The position numbers and the translations under genes are program-made. From positions 1 through 60,066 of IMG/VR virus record IMGVR_UViG_3300027367_000243: a stretch of 60,066 bases of DNA. One strand, given 5' to 3'. Below are positions 1 to 8,563 of the stretch, piece by piece. This stretch comes from a virus (Duplodnaviria; Caudoviricetes). The notes under the pieces were generated by a model that did no database searches, was not told the DNA's origin, and saw nothing but the letters and a program-made list of their open reading frames with translations. The stretch's first letter is position 1; every line of letters starts with the position of its first letter.

Positions 1-1
1 G

Positions 2-463
2 AAAGCTAAAATGGTAGAGCTAATTAAAAACTACGGAGATTGGTTCGGCCTAGAATATCAAATTAATTATTTCTTTAACGTATATGGCCCTGGTCAAATT
101 ACACATGGAGACTACGCAACAGTAGTTGGTATATTTGAAAGACAATATTTAGCAGGCGAACCGTGTACTGTAGTTACACCAGGAGATCAGAGTAGAGATT
201 TTACTCATGTTGATGATATTATTGAAGGTGTAATAAAATCCACTAAATATAAAACTGCAAACCTTGAATGGTATTTAAGATCCGGCACTAGTAGAACTAT
301 TATTGAAGTTGCTAGAATGTTTGGCGAATTTAAATTTATACCAGAAAGAAAAGGCGAAAGAATAAAATCGGCCCTAGTAAAAAATGATACAAATAAACTA
401 CTAGGACTAAAACCAAAAGATCGATTACCTGAATGGATCGAATCTGTTAAAACCCAAGAATAG
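2..463 (+). CDS. NAD-dependent epimerase/dehydratase, C-terminal part (5'-truncated by window edge)
   Basis: YFFNVYGP and QSRDFTHVDD motifs of extended SDR epimerases; frame is open upstream of the ATG at 11. Confidence 0.8.
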   Translation, partial: KAKMVELIKNYGDWFGLEYQINYFFNVYGPGQITHGDYATVVGIFERQYLAGEPCTVVTPGDQSRDFTHVDDIIEGVIKSTKYKTANLEWYLRSGTSRTIIEVARMFGEFKFIPERKGERIKSALVKNDTNKLLGLKPKDRLPEWIESVKTQE

Positions 464-466
464 AAG

Positions 467-1336
467 ATGCAATTACTAGAAAGCGTGGGCAACACGCCAA
501 TGATTAAAATAAGCGAAGGCCTTTATGCCAAAGCAGAATTATTAAATCCAACTGGATCTATTAAAGATAGACCTGCAAGTTGGATTTTAAGAGTACAAGA
601 TCCTGTAGCAAATGGATATGATACTATATGTGAAGCAACAAGTGGAAACATGGGAGTTAGCTTTGCATGGTTAGCAGCTACCATGGGATTAAAATGTGTA
701 ATCATAATGCCGGATAATATGTCTACTGAAAGAAAGCAGACATTAGAATATTATGGTGCAAAGTTAATTGAAGTTCCAGCTGGTGATTTTGATGGAGCCA
801 TAGCATATCGCGATGAATTATGTAAAGAGTTTGGTTGGTTTAACTGTAACCAATTTGGAAACAAATATAATATAGAAGCTCATTCATTTACAACTGGCCA
901 AGAGATATTAAATTGGGCAGTAGATAATAAAAGAGAAATTAGTGCAATAGTTACAGGAACTGGAACTGGTGGAACCTTAATGGGATGTCATAGAAGAATT
1001 AAACCACAATTTCCAGATATGAAGATGGTAGCAGTAGAACCTTCAGAATCTGCAGTAATGTCAGGTGGAGAACCTGGATTACATGGAATTCAAGGAATTG
1101 GCGATGGTAGTAAATTCTTAGTTGAGATGAGGAATGTAGACTACATCCAACAGATCAGTACAGAAGAAGCAAAGGATAGAGCAAGAGATTTAGCAAAGAC
1201 ACATGGTTTATTTGTAGGTATTTCTGCAGGAGCTAATATCTTAGCTGCAGAAAAATTCATTGCTAGTGAGAAGCCAGATGGTGATGTCGTAACATTCCTC
1301 TGTGATAGAGGCGATAGATACTTTAGTTGTCTATAA
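467..1336 (+). CDS. cysK: PLP-dependent cysteine synthase (CysK/CysM family)
   Basis: VGNTP, NPTGSIKDR (PLP lysine), EATSGNMG, GTGTGGT, HGIQGIG, DRGDRY motifs. Confidence 0.9.
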   Translation: MQLLESVGNTPMIKISEGLYAKAELLNPTGSIKDRPASWILRVQDPVANGYDTICEATSGNMGVSFAWLAATMGLKCVIIMPDNMSTERKQTLEYYGAKLIEVPAGDFDGAIAYRDELCKEFGWFNCNQFGNKYNIEAHSFTTGQEILNWAVDNKREISAIVTGTGTGGTLMGCHRRIKPQFPDMKMVAVEPSESAVMSGGEPGLHGIQGIGDGSKFLVEMRNVDYIQQISTEEAKDRARDLAKTHGLFVGISAGANILAAEKFIASEKPDGDVVTFLCDRGDRYFSCL

Positions 1337-1348
1337 TAAATTAACAAA

Positions 1349-1657
1349 ATGAAAAAGCATTTAAAACAATTTATCGGATATTACTTTTTAGCCGCTGCTG
1401 TTGCATTACTCTTTATGGGAGAAACTACAACTGGATTAATTATAGCTATGGCAACTCTACTTAAAGCACCACCATTTGATTGGGTCGGTAGAATGTACAA
1501 CTGGGCTGGTAATCTATCTCATAAATGGGGTATGAAAATAAAGTCTTGGAAAGATAAACAATCTAAACCTGTCAGAATAATCGTCACTATTATTGCAATT
1601 CTTTTTGCATGTCTAATGATTTACCTAATGCCTTCTGAAGAATGCGCAATCTGTTAA
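1349..1657 (+). CDS. hypothetical membrane protein
   Basis: 102-aa ORF in operon context with hydrophobic segments. Confidence 0.6.
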   Translation: MKKHLKQFIGYYFLAAAVALLFMGETTTGLIIAMATLLKAPPFDWVGRMYNWAGNLSHKWGMKIKSWKDKQSKPVRIIVTIIAILFACLMIYLMPSEECAIC

Positions 1658-1658
1658 T

Positions 1659-2603
1659 ATGAAACACCTAGACGAAAAATACCAAGATATACTTTTAGAC
1701 ATCCTACATAATGGAGTTGAAAAAGAAGATAGGACTGGAACTGGAACTCTTTCAGTATTCGGTAAACAATTTAGACATAACATGGCTGATGGATTCCCAC
1801 TATTAACCACAAAGAAAATGGCATGGAAAGTTATGGTAACAGAGTTACTATGGTTTTTACGTGGAGATACAAATATTAAGTGGCTTGTAGAAAACAAGTG
1901 TAATATCTGGAATGGCGATGCATATAAAGCATATAGAATAAAAGTACAAGACCATTACGAAAAAGGTGGTGATGTTGCTGACATGTCTCAGTTCTTAGAA
2001 CTTGTTAAAGAAGGTGGCATATCAGAATTTGGAGACCTAGGTCCTATCTACGGAAAGCAGTGGAGGAATTGGTTTCAATATAATAAGCACGTTGAACCAG
2101 TTCATGTGGATCAAATTGCAGTTCTAATAGATCAATTAAAAACAAATCCAGATTCTCGTAGACTTATGGTTAGCGCCTGGAATGTAGGAGATCTAGATCA
2201 GATGGTTTTACCACCTTGTCATTATGGATTTCAATGTTACGTTAGAGAGGGTAAGTATCTTTCATTAATGTGGAACCAAAGATCAGTAGATACATTCTTA
2301 GGTCTTCCATTTAATATTGCATCTTATGGTCTATTATTAGAGATATTAGCAAAAGAGGTTGGTATGATACCAGATGAATTAATCGGTAACTTTGGAGATG
2401 TACATTTATACTCTAATCATATTGAGCAAGCAAGAGAACAACTTACTAGAGTTCCCTTTGAATTATCAACACTAGTTATTAATGATGAGTTCTGGAATCC
2501 AGACGCTTCATTCTTATCTCAAATAGATCATATACAACCAGACGACTTTTATATAAAAAAATACGAATCACATGCAAGAATTAAAGCTCCACTTTCAAAC
2601 TGA
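1659..2603 (+). CDS. thyA: thymidylate synthase
   Basis: DRTGTGT, ELLWFLRGDTN, LGPIYGKQWR, LPPCH, QRSVD, LGLPFN (dUMP-specific Asn). Confidence 0.97.
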   Translation: MKHLDEKYQDILLDILHNGVEKEDRTGTGTLSVFGKQFRHNMADGFPLLTTKKMAWKVMVTELLWFLRGDTNIKWLVENKCNIWNGDAYKAYRIKVQDHYEKGGDVADMSQFLELVKEGGISEFGDLGPIYGKQWRNWFQYNKHVEPVHVDQIAVLIDQLKTNPDSRRLMVSAWNVGDLDQMVLPPCHYGFQCYVREGKYLSLMWNQRSVDTFLGLPFNIASYGLLLEILAKEVGMIPDELIGNFGDVHLYSNHIEQAREQLTRVPFELSTLVINDEFWNPDASFLSQIDHIQPDDFYIKKYESHARIKAPLSN

Positions 2604-2721
2604 TCCTGAAGACGAAATTGATAACTCTGCTAAACAGTATGATGATATAGAAGATAGTGAATATGATTCTATATCAATTCCAAAACCTAAACCATATAAC
2701 GACGACGAATACGACTATTAA
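2572..2721 (+). CDS. small acidic hypothetical protein (49 aa, not in ORF track)
   Basis: MQELKLHFQTDPEDEIDNSAKQYDD...; fills the gap after thyA. Confidence 0.4.
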   Translation: MQELKLHFQTDPEDEIDNSAKQYDDIEDSEYDSISIPKPKPYNDDEYDY

Positions 2722-2722
2722 T

Positions 2723-2827
2723 ATGAAAAAGAAAATAGATTTAGACAAGAAGCTATCAATACTTATAGGACTTTGGATATTAGATAAGCTTATTATTTTA
2801 GCAATGTTTTATTGGTTTGAAAAATGA
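2723..2827 (+). CDS. small membrane peptide (34 aa, not in ORF track)
   Basis: MKKKIDLDKKLSILIGLWILDKLIILAMFYWFEK; ATGA overlap with next gene. Confidence 0.5.
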   Translation: MKKKIDLDKKLSILIGLWILDKLIILAMFYWFEK

Positions 2828-3279
2828 AATTTAAAAAACTAACAGGAGCACCTAAGTTTGAATTAGCGCCTTATGTCAAAGAATACTTAGAATCTAATAA
2901 GTATCACGATATAAAAATGTACATGGGCTGTGATAGTCAAACTAGGAATGGTAAAACTACTTATGCCACGACTTTAGTATTTCATATATCATCTTCAGGC
3001 TGTCATGTAATTTATCAAAAAGAAGTCTTACCTGAAATAAAAGATATGTGGACTAGGCTTTGGAAAGAATGTGAAAAATCTGTTGAGGTAGCATTGTACC
3101 TCCGAGAGCATGGGATTGAGATAGATACTGTAGATTTAGATTACAATATAGATCCAGCTAAAAAATCTAATAAGCTAGTTAAGGCAGCAGTAGGTTACGT
3201 AAATGGATTTGGATTTAAAGCTAGATATAAACCAGATCTATTACCTGGAGTATATGCAGCAGATAACATTGCAAACTAA
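2824..3279 (+). CDS. RNase H-like YkuK (DUF458) family protein
   Basis: YMGCDSQ, RLWKECEKSVEVA, DLDYN, YAAD motifs. Confidence 0.75.
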   Translation: MKFKKLTGAPKFELAPYVKEYLESNKYHDIKMYMGCDSQTRNGKTTYATTLVFHISSSGCHVIYQKEVLPEIKDMWTRLWKECEKSVEVALYLREHGIEIDTVDLDYNIDPAKKSNKLVKAAVGYVNGFGFKARYKPDLLPGVYAADNIAN

Positions 3280-3287
3280 TAAAGTAT

Positions 3288-3313
3288 AAACAAATAGACA
3301 AAAGTCTATATAA
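3288..3313 (+). promoter_or_regulatory. AAAC-N17-TATAA promoter-like motif upstream of clpC
   Basis: Same motif and exact 17-nt spacer recur at six other positions upstream of genes. Confidence 0.6.
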
Positions 3314-3341
3314 TAGTTATATTAATAAGACATTAAGAATT

Positions 3342-5354
3342 ATGCCAATAGCAGACGGATACGATAGCGAAAAAGGAAAGAACTTCGGAAAGAAAAAGAA
3401 GGCCACACCATTTCTAGATGAATTCGGTGAAGACTTAACTAAAGCAGCAGCTGAAGGAAAGTTAGATCCTATTATCGGAAGAGATCGTGAGATTTATAGA
3501 ATATGTCAGATCCTTGCAAGACGTAAAAAGAATAATCCAATTATACTTGGAGACCCAGGTGTTGGTAAGACTGCAATTGTTGAAGCTATAGCTCAACGTA
3601 TTGTAAGCAAGAAAGTTGCCAGGGTTCTACTTAACAAAAGAGTTATTTCTTTAAACATGACAACCATTGTTGCTGGTACAAAGTATCGTGGTGAATTTGA
3701 AGAGAGAATGAAGAATATTGTTGAGGAGCTTAAAATGGCATCTGATGTAATCGTCTTTATTGACGAGATCCATACGATCGTTGGAGCAGGTGGAGTATCT
3801 GGAGCATTAGATGCTTCAAATATTTTAAAACCAGCATTAGCCAGAGGTTCCGTACAATGTATTGGAGCAACTACGCTTGATGAATATAGAGAATCAATAG
3901 AAGATGATGGAGCTCTAACCAGACGATTCCAAGAGGTGTTTATTGATCCACCAACAGTAGATGAGTCTATCGAAATACTTACAAGGATTAAACATAAGTA
4001 TGAAGAGCATCATTCAGTAGAATATTCTGCAGAAGCAATTGAGGCTTGTGTAAGAATGTCAGAAAGATACATCAAATCAAGAGAATTGCCGGACAAAGCT
4101 ATTGACTTACTAGATGAAGCAGGGGCGAGAACGCATTTACTAGAAGTTAAAGTTCCGGCATCAATTAAGAAGTTAGAATTACTAGCTGAAAATGCAAAAG
4201 AGGAAAAGAAGGCTGCTGTTGAGAAACAAGACTACGAAATTGCAGCTACAAAGCGAGATGAACAAATTAGCTTAGAAACTAAAGTACAACAAGAGATTCA
4301 AAAATGGGAATCTACACTTAAGACTAAAAAGAGACAAGTTACTATTGATGATATTGCTGAAACAGTATCTATGCAAACTGGCATTCCTGTTACGCGTTTA
4401 GGAGCTGATGACATGAAGATGATTAAGAATATGGGTAAACATATTAAAGAATCTATCATTGGACAAGATCGCGCTGTAGATGCTCTGGCAAAGGTAATTA
4501 AAAGATCTAGAACTGGAGTTGCAACTTCAAAGCAACCTACAGGTTCATTCATGTTTTTAGGTCCAACTGGAGTTGGTAAAACAGAAACTGTAAAAGCTCT
4601 AGCAGAATATATGTTTGGCGATACTGATGCAATGATTAGAATTGACATGTCAGAATACCAAGAGAAATTTAACGTATCTAGATTGATTGGATCTCCTCCA
4701 GGATATGTAGGTCACGAAGATGGTGGTCAATTAACTGAAGCAGTAAGACGTAAACCTTATTCAGTAGTTTTATTTGATGAAGTTGAAAAGGCACATCCAG
4801 ATATTTTTAATACTTTACTTCAAGTTCTTGACGAAGGCAGATTAACAGATTCAAGTGGTAGAGTGGTAGACTTCACTAATACCATTATAGTATTAACATC
4901 TAATGTTGGTGCAAGAAAGTTAGCAGACTTTGGAACAGGTATTGGATTTGACACCTCATCATCAATGTTGCAAGAACAATCTAAAATGGATAGTATTATT
5001 AAGAAAGAGTTAAAGAATAAATTTAGCCCTGAATTTCTAAATAGATTAGATGATGTTATTGTATTTGATCAGTTAGGATCTGAAGACGTAATTAAGATTG
5101 TAGATATTGAGCTTAATAAGTTTATTGATAGAATGGAACGTCAAGGCTTTGCATTTAAATTTAATAAGGCTACAAAAGAATTCTTAGCAATAGAAGGTTA
5201 CGATCAAAAGTATGGAGCAAGGCCAATTAAAAGAGCTATTCAAAAATATGTTGAAGATGCAGTCGCAGATGCAATATTAGATGGTCTTTTAAAAGAAGGT
5301 AAATCGTACACAGTTTCAAAAGCAAAAGAGGAGAACAAGCTGATTATTAAGTAA
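3342..5354 (+). CDS. clpC: ClpC-type Hsp100 AAA+ ATPase lacking the N-terminal Clp-repeat domain
   Basis: Two Walker A (GDPGVGKT, GPTGVGKT), pore loops KYRG/GYVG, UVR middle domain (AVEKQDYEIAATKRD), IGF loop (GTGIGFD); only ~20 aa precede NBD1. Confidence 0.92.
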   Translation: MPIADGYDSEKGKNFGKKKKATPFLDEFGEDLTKAAAEGKLDPIIGRDREIYRICQILARRKKNNPIILGDPGVGKTAIVEAIAQRIVSKKVARVLLNKRVISLNMTTIVAGTKYRGEFEERMKNIVEELKMASDVIVFIDEIHTIVGAGGVSGALDASNILKPALARGSVQCIGATTLDEYRESIEDDGALTRRFQEVFIDPPTVDESIEILTRIKHKYEEHHSVEYSAEAIEACVRMSERYIKSRELPDKAIDLLDEAGARTHLLEVKVPASIKKLELLAENAKEEKKAAVEKQDYEIAATKRDEQISLETKVQQEIQKWESTLKTKKRQVTIDDIAETVSMQTGIPVTRLGADDMKMIKNMGKHIKESIIGQDRAVDALAKVIKRSRTGVATSKQPTGSFMFLGPTGVGKTETVKALAEYMFGDTDAMIRIDMSEYQEKFNVSRLIGSPPGYVGHEDGGQLTEAVRRKPYSVVLFDEVEKAHPDIFNTLLQVLDEGRLTDSSGRVVDFTNTIIVLTSNVGARKLADFGTGIGFDTSSSMLQEQSKMDSIIKKELKNKFSPEFLNRLDDVIVFDQLGSEDVIKIVDIELNKFIDRMERQGFAFKFNKATKEFLAIEGYDQKYGARPIKRAIQKYVEDAVADAILDGLLKEGKSYTVSKAKEENKLIIK

Positions 5355-5378
5355 ACCTTTTTGCGATTAATCATATAA
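5353..5378 (+). promoter_or_regulatory. AAAC-N17-TATAA promoter-like motif
   Basis: AAAC 5353-5356, TATAA 5374-5378. Confidence 0.6.
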
Positions 5379-5404
5379 CTACTATAGTTATTAAAAATCA
5401 ATAT

Positions 5405-6268
5405 ATGAGTTTTTCAAATACATTTAAGAATATTATTCAACACATCGATACAGATGGTGATGTCTCTCAACCAAGAGATTTAAAAGTTAAAGAGTCAATC
5501 TTATCTAACTTTGTAATTAATCCAAAGCAACCTATTGCAGATTTCCCACAAAGAAATTTTAATTGGAAATATCTTGCAGGTGAAATGGCATGGTATTTAA
5601 AACAAGATCGAGATGTAGATTACATTGGTAACTTCTCTAACTTCTGGTCTAGAATTACTAACCCAGATACTAATGAGATTAACTCTAACTACGGATCTTT
5701 GGTTTTCAATAAAGAACAATTCGGCTGGGTTATCGATTCATTAGAACAAGACAAGAATAGCCGACAAGCTATTATGTTTTTTAACTCACCTAAATTTCAA
5801 TTCGAAGGCAATAAAGATTTTGTATGTACAATGTACGCTAACTTTTTTATTAGACATAATATTTTGCACATGAAAGTTCAAATGAGATCTAATGATATAT
5901 TTTACGGTCTTACATTTGATGCACCATTCTTTGCATTCTTACAACAATCTGTTTATTTAAAATTAAAAGAAACTTATCCAGAATTAGAATTAGGTATGTA
6001 CTATCACTATGCTGATAACTTACACTTCTATGAAAGACACTTTGAATTAGCAGATCAAATTAAATCAGAAAGTATTGATATTACTAAAGAGTCTACATTT
6101 ATGTTAAAGCAACCATTCTTAGAATACGATGGTAAAAATGTAACTCTTTCAAATCTAGCTCAAACGTTTGTAAATGAAATTGATGCTAGTGTAGACGATG
6201 ATTCTATAAACACAAAACAAGATTACAAAGATATTCTTGATAAATACTTTGTAACTAATGGAGAATAA
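5405..6268 (+). CDS. thymidylate synthase-fold enzyme, probable dCMP hydroxymethyltransferase (DNA base modification)
   Basis: SNYG, DKNSRQA, DFVCT (catalytic Cys), MRSND, GLTFD (Asp at the TS Asn177 position), LHFYERH. Confidence 0.75.
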   Translation: MSFSNTFKNIIQHIDTDGDVSQPRDLKVKESILSNFVINPKQPIADFPQRNFNWKYLAGEMAWYLKQDRDVDYIGNFSNFWSRITNPDTNEINSNYGSLVFNKEQFGWVIDSLEQDKNSRQAIMFFNSPKFQFEGNKDFVCTMYANFFIRHNILHMKVQMRSNDIFYGLTFDAPFFAFLQQSVYLKLKETYPELELGMYYHYADNLHFYERHFELADQIKSESIDITKESTFMLKQPFLEYDGKNVTLSNLAQTFVNEIDASVDDDSINTKQDYKDILDKYFVTNGE

Positions 6269-6563
6269 GGTGCCAAAGATACACATCGACCCTATGACAC
6301 TAGAGGCTGATTTCGATAAATTATTAATGTCAAAATACGACATGTTTTTTAGACGAATTGTTGAATACATCTTAGATTCTGTAGAAGGCAATAAAACTTC
6401 TGATCTTTTAGCAATATTAGTTGATGATGCTGGAGAGGAATATGAAATGACACTACCGAAGGACGGTTACAATAAAAGTTTAATTAAGGCAAACGAGTAT
6501 TTTGAAAAAATTGAAGAGTTCGAAACATGTGACCTCATCAAACAACTTAAAAAACAAATATGA
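6258..6563 (+). CDS. small protein with C-terminal UVR-like motif
   Basis: C-terminal YFEKIEEFETCDLIKQLK; overlaps clpP start. Confidence 0.6.
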   Translation: MENKVPKIHIDPMTLEADFDKLLMSKYDMFFRRIVEYILDSVEGNKTSDLLAILVDDAGEEYEMTLPKDGYNKSLIKANEYFEKIEEFETCDLIKQLKKQI

Positions 6564-7234
6564 ATTACTACCCGAAGGATAAAGAATTTGAAAGATACGC
6601 AGCGTCTGAACATAATATAAGTTCAAATAAGCTAGATCTTTACAAGAAGGAGAGTTCTCTTACACCTTACATATTAGAGGAAAGAGAAATGAGAATGACA
6701 CAAATGGATATATTCTCTAGATTAATGGTCGATAGATTATTATGGGTTGCTGGTCCAGTTAATGACAATATGTCTACAATTGTACAAGCGCAATTAATGT
6801 TCTTATCTTCTACGAGTGGAGAAGATATTACAATGCATATCGATTCACCAGGTGGATCAGTTAAATCTGGGCTATCTATGGTCGATGTGATGGAGTATAT
6901 TCCTACAGATATTAAAACCATTAACACAGGTATGGCCGCTTCTATGGGCTCTGTATTATTAGGTGCTGGTACAAAAGGAAAAAGATCTTCATTAAGACAC
7001 TCAACCACAATGTTACACCAATCGTCAGGTGGATTCAGTGGTAATATACAAGACGCCGAAGTTGACTGGGCTGAATGGCAAAAAGTTAACGAAGAACTAT
7101 TTGTTCTTTTAGGTTCATACTGTGGGAAGACTGCAGCTAGAATAAAGAAAGATGCAACTAGAGATTTTTGGCTAAATGCAGAAGAAGCTAAAAAATACGG
7201 AATAATAGACGAAATTATTAAACCAAAGAAATAA
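6560..7234 (+). CDS. clpP: ATP-dependent Clp protease proteolytic subunit
   Basis: DIFSRL, IDSPGGSV, GMAASMG (catalytic Ser), MLHQ, RDFWL..EEAK.YGIID; N-terminal TPYILEER extension resembles Bacteroidota ClpP. Confidence 0.95.
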   Translation: MNYYPKDKEFERYAASEHNISSNKLDLYKKESSLTPYILEEREMRMTQMDIFSRLMVDRLLWVAGPVNDNMSTIVQAQLMFLSSTSGEDITMHIDSPGGSVKSGLSMVDVMEYIPTDIKTINTGMAASMGSVLLGAGTKGKRSSLRHSTTMLHQSSGGFSGNIQDAEVDWAEWQKVNEELFVLLGSYCGKTAARIKKDATRDFWLNAEEAKKYGIIDEIIKPKK

Positions 7235-7548
7235 TGACAAAGCGAGACACAACAAAAGAAGTTTTTGTGCAGTTGGTTAATCTACAACTAGCTCCTCATA
7301 AGAAAACATACGAAGATGTATCAGGAGATCCTGAATGGTATATGAAGTATAAGACTACTAGAAAAGATGAGGTTAAATTTATTAAAGCTGGAACAGACAT
7401 TTTACGCAAAAAGCTAAAGATGACTAAAAAGATGGCTGAACAAGAAATGAGCTGGTTTATTTTGCAATGGGGTTTAACAACCGCCGGAAGCTTTAATAAA
7501 CTTAAAACCGAAGCTACTAAGGTTTTAAAATCTGGTTCACGTGACTGA
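7234..7548 (+). CDS. hypothetical protein
   Basis: 104-aa ORF coupled to clpP stop. Confidence 0.65.
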   Translation: MTKRDTTKEVFVQLVNLQLAPHKKTYEDVSGDPEWYMKYKTTRKDEVKFIKAGTDILRKKLKMTKKMAEQEMSWFILQWGLTTAGSFNKLKTEATKVLKSGSRD

Positions 7549-7777
7549 ACAGCAAAAACTAACTCTTAATCCTAAATACACAAAAAGAATTGTTATTCTT
7601 CAAAAAGGGGACTATCGCGGTCGCCAACAATTCTTTATACTCCATAAGAAAAATAGATGGAGTAGATTATCTATGGATGATATTCCTAAAGATAGCAGAG
7701 TCAGACGTACATTAGATCTAGCAGAAGAAGTTGCATTTGATTTAATAAAAAATTACGAAAAAGTTTTTATGTCGTAA
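7541..7777 (+). CDS. hypothetical protein
   Basis: 78-aa ORF, GTG start, overlaps upstream stop. Confidence 0.55.
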   Translation: MTEQQKLTLNPKYTKRIVILQKGDYRGRQQFFILHKKNRWSRLSMDDIPKDSRVRRTLDLAEEVAFDLIKNYEKVFMS

Positions 7778-7816
7778 ATCTGGTAAAGCAGCTTACGAAA
7801 GATTAATAAATAATGT

Positions 7817-8521
7817 ATGAGTAAGTTAATAACACCTAAATGGATTGAGGACGGACCTCTTGACCTAGAGTACAAGACGTATAAGTTCTTGCAGCGAGTT
7901 AAAGAATTAGATGAATTAGTACATACTAATCTAATGGCTGCATTGTGGGAAATAGATGATACATTAGATTATCTATATAGATATGACGCTATCAAACAAA
8001 CTGATAACGATCTCGTACCAAGTATTGAATTCATGGGATTTCCTATGGATGATTTAGAATTGGTATTTACTACTGAAGAGGAGATGGACACTAATGATAT
8101 AGTTGATTCTATGTACGAAGACTGTATTGATAAATTTGAAACACTTCACTCAGCATGTCGAGAAGAATGGAGAAGCATTGAATCTGAACTAACTTGTTCT
8201 TATTTAGGTAATAAAAAACATTTTCTTTCTGGTGGATTTGTTTTTATTTCTACACCAGACAACAAATTGCATGTGTATTTCTTTAATAAACCTTCTAAGA
8301 ATTTTAAACAATCTTGGAAAGATTTTAAAATGGAACATATAGCAACAAAAGAATATGATGAAATAGAATATTTTAAAACTTTAGAAGAACTTTCTGAGGC
8401 TAAATCTGATCGTATTTTAATTAAAGCTAATCTCAAAACGCATACCAAAGTACCTGGTCATGCTATCACTGTGGTGAATAGTGTAATATTTAATATGTTA
8501 CATAGAGACTATGCGTTTTAA
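7817..8521 (+). CDS. hypothetical protein
   Basis: 234-aa ORF in the same orientation and packing as neighbours. Confidence 0.7.
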   Translation: MSKLITPKWIEDGPLDLEYKTYKFLQRVKELDELVHTNLMAALWEIDDTLDYLYRYDAIKQTDNDLVPSIEFMGFPMDDLELVFTTEEEMDTNDIVDSMYEDCIDKFETLHSACREEWRSIESELTCSYLGNKKHFLSGGFVFISTPDNKLHVYFFNKPSKNFKQSWKDFKMEHIATKEYDEIEYFKTLEELSEAKSDRILIKANLKTHTKVPGHAITVVNSVIFNMLHRDYAF

Positions 8522-8525
8522 CGTT

Positions 8526-8534
8526 GATATATAA
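8526..8534 (+). promoter_or_regulatory. GATATATAA putative late promoter
   Basis: Motif recurs shortly upstream of several virion-type genes. Confidence 0.6.
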
Positions 8535-8563
8535 TACAAGCAATAAAAAATTATATCATAATT

